IMG/VR virus record: IMGVR_UViG_3300033463_000097
Length of the DNA: 64,000 nucleotides
Direction: 5' to 3' (one strand)
DNA from: a virus
Below, in pieces: positions 62,729 to 64,000 of this stretch. The position numbers were made by a program, and so were the translations under genes. Each line of letters begins with the position of its first letter. Position 1 is the stretch's first letter. The notes below the pieces were generated by a model. That model saw only the letters and a list, made by a program, of their open reading frames with translations, searched no databases and was not told the DNA's origin.

Positions 62729-63166
62729 TTAAGCCACTTCAGAGTCTTCCCAGAAGAAATAGTCACAACCATCTGTGTTACGAATAAATTTTAATAGCTT
62801 AGAGTATCTCTCATTCTTAAACCAATCATTAAAGATATAGATATAAGAAACATTTTTAATACCCATTGCTGTGCATAGAGCTTTATATTCAAGAATCTTC
62901 CATGCACACGCACCTAGTTTTTCATCGCATGAGCCTTTTGTGCCTTGCCGCTTCTTCTCGTAAATAATGATTTCATTTGTATTTGGAATAAAGTAAGCTT
63001 CATCTGGTTCAAATTCCCACGATAGATAATCCGTTGGAGTAATACCATGCTTTTTTACCCACGAACAGAATTTCTTTTTAGAAATATCAATTCCATCTGT
63101 TCTGGCAATACGCGCCTGACGTTCAAAAGCAAGTCCAGTTGTAGTATCTCGAGATGCGTGCGTCAT
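62729..63166 (-). CDS. PD-(D/E)xK-like nuclease candidate (restriction-endonuclease-like)
   Basis: FEPDEAYF...NEIIIYEKK resembles a D...ExK motif. It lies directly downstream of the methyltransferase. Confidence 0.35.
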   Translation of the reverse strand: MTHASRDTTTGLAFERQARIARTDGIDISKKKFCSWVKKHGITPTDYLSWEFEPDEAYFIPNTNEIIIYEKKRQGTKGSCDEKLGACAWKILEYKALCTAMGIKNVSYIYIFNDWFKNERYSKLLKFIRNTDGCDYFFWEDSEVA

Positions 63167-63187
63167 AATAATTTTCTCCTTATTTAT

Positions 63188-63739
63188 TTACCTTTCTAAT
63201 TCTTCAATAATTAAATCTCTTGGTAAAAAATTTTTACAAAGATAACAAGATCCAAAAGATACTCCATCTTGAGTTTTTGTCATAGAAATATCTTTATAAT
63301 AATTAATTCGTGCGTCAAAACCTAAATATTGAATATTTTTCATATATGGAAAACGAGCTTGTCCTTGTAATGTGGGAATTGGTAAAAGCATAGCATATGG
63401 TTTATCCAATTCATAAAGTCTTTTTAAAACATCGTCTTTACAGGAAAAAGGTGGATTAGAAATAATTATATCATAATTATCTGGCTCATAATAAAAGAAA
63501 TTTTCTCCATTATCAATATGTGTAGCAATTACTGTTACATTATCAATCTTAGACAAAATTTCTACATACTTACTAAACTACATATCAAATGGACACCAGA
63601 TAATTAGAGAACTTTTCTAATTGCGTTCCATATACTGTTTAATATATTTTACTAATGGCTAAACCGCATAGGCCGGAGTGTAAACTTCATCAGAGGCTTT
63701 GTCGGTTTTCGCAGTTAAATATCCTTTATTAATAGGCAT
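63188..63739 (-). CDS. phage Dam-like N6-adenine DNA methyltransferase (small, NPPF motif), 3 in-frame TAG
   Basis: It reads MPINKGYLTAKTDKASDEVYTPAYAVqPL...DIIISNPPFS. The RBS is AAGGAG and the frame is 184 codons. Confidence 0.6.
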
Positions 63740-63765
63740 AAAAATACTCCTTTAATAGTTATTTT

Positions 63766-63841
63766 TGGACGTACTCCTCGGATTCGAACCGAGACCTCAA
63801 GGCTTTGCAGGCCTGCGCCTTAACCATTTGACTAGAGCACG
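63766..63841 (-). tRNA. tRNA-Cys (GCA)
   Basis: A hand-folded cloverleaf: the acceptor stem CGTGCTC/GAGTACG has one G-U pair, the anticodon loop is CTGCAAA, the discriminator is U73, and CCA is encoded. Confidence 0.7.
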
Positions 63842-63844
63842 ATA

Positions 63845-63920
63845 TGGTGCGCCCTCGGGGATTCGAACCCCGACCTGACAGATTAAAAGTCTGCTGTGCT
63901 ACCGCTAACACCAAGGGCGC
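63845..63920 (-). tRNA. tRNA-Lys (UUU)
   Basis: The acceptor stem GCGCCCT/AGGGCGC is perfectly paired. The anticodon loop is CTTTTAA, the T-loop is TTCGAAT, and CCA is encoded. Confidence 0.7.
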
Positions 63921-63926
63921 ATATTA

Positions 63927-64000
63927 TGGTGGGTCATCAGGGACTTGAACCCTGGTCTCGCAGATTAAGAGTCTGGTATAATAGCCACTATACGAATGAC
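63927..64000 (-). tRNA. tRNA, probably Lys (CUU); the 5' end runs off the window
   Basis: The T-arm is CAGGG-TTCAAGT-CCCTG with ACCA at the 3' end. The anticodon loop is CTCTTAA with a 4-bp stem. Confidence 0.55.

Noticed and set aside
1-64000. Interpretation of the many TAG-interrupted ORFs as pseudogenes or a degraded prophage.
   Set aside because: Frames stay open across the TAGs for kilobases with conserved domains on both sides. TAA and TGA are strongly avoided in those frames. TAG aligns with Gln codons in internal repeats. All gene ends I checked are TAA or TGA.
63766-64000. One of the three tRNAs as the TAG (CUA) or TAA (UUA) suppressor.
   Set aside because: Hand folding gives anticodon loops CTGCAAA (GCA), CTTTTAA (UUU) and CTCTTAA (CUU). 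Shifting the loop to obtain UUA breaks the anticodon stem and puts C at position 33.

Overview
This 64 kb window is AT-rich (about 33-35% GC), densely coding phage DNA in which TAG is not a stop codon. It is read as a sense codon, almost certainly glutamine, and that is why the six-frame track looks fragmented. Two pieces of evidence from the sequence itself support this. First, the + strand frame from nt 1 to 4302 contains about 25 TAG codons and no TAA or TGA. Second, in tandem repeats of a tail-fibre gene (59430-59760), TAG in repeat 1 sits where CAA and CAG sit in repeat 2. All gene ends I checked use TAA or TGA. The layout is: a giant tail-fibre gene (+, 1-4302); a roughly 51 kb minus-strand block; a + strand tail-fibre/XkdX module (55.4-61.0 kb); and a minus block (61-64 kb) with a Ro/TROVE-like vWA gene, a methyltransferase plus restriction-like nuclease, and three tRNAs (Cys-GCA, Lys-UUU, probable Lys-CUU; none has a CUA anticodon). 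The large minus block carries replication and nucleotide metabolism genes (PolIII-alpha-like polymerase, Dda/RecD-like and DnaB helicases, DnaG primase, RecJ, NAD-ligase, GyrA/GyrB-like topoisomerase II, RNase H, UDG, dUTPase, NrdD/NrdG, ThyA-like, RuvC, Sak4-like ATPase plus SSB). It also carries a lysis cassette: a multi-domain endolysin (phosphodiester-glycosidase-like, two SPOR repeats, amidase, SLH) followed by a holin. Further along is an RNA-repair-like island (polynucleotide kinase, two calcineurin-like phosphoesterases, an Rnl2-type RNA ligase with an N-terminal tRNA-binding domain, a nucleotidyltransferase). The most unusual element is a three-gene operon: a radical-SAM/SPASM enzyme, a small protein, and a 295-aa protein whose C-terminal ~180 residues are about 43 cysteines in a near-perfect C-x3 period. 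This looks like a phage-borne RiPP-like or cross-linked structural protein system. More than 14 near-identical sigmaA promoters (TTGACT/TTGATT, 17 nt spacer, TGnTATAAT) punctuate the minus-strand block. Together with the SLH domain and an anaerobic RNR they point to an anaerobic Firmicutes host. All coordinates were derived by hand and may be off by a few nucleotides.
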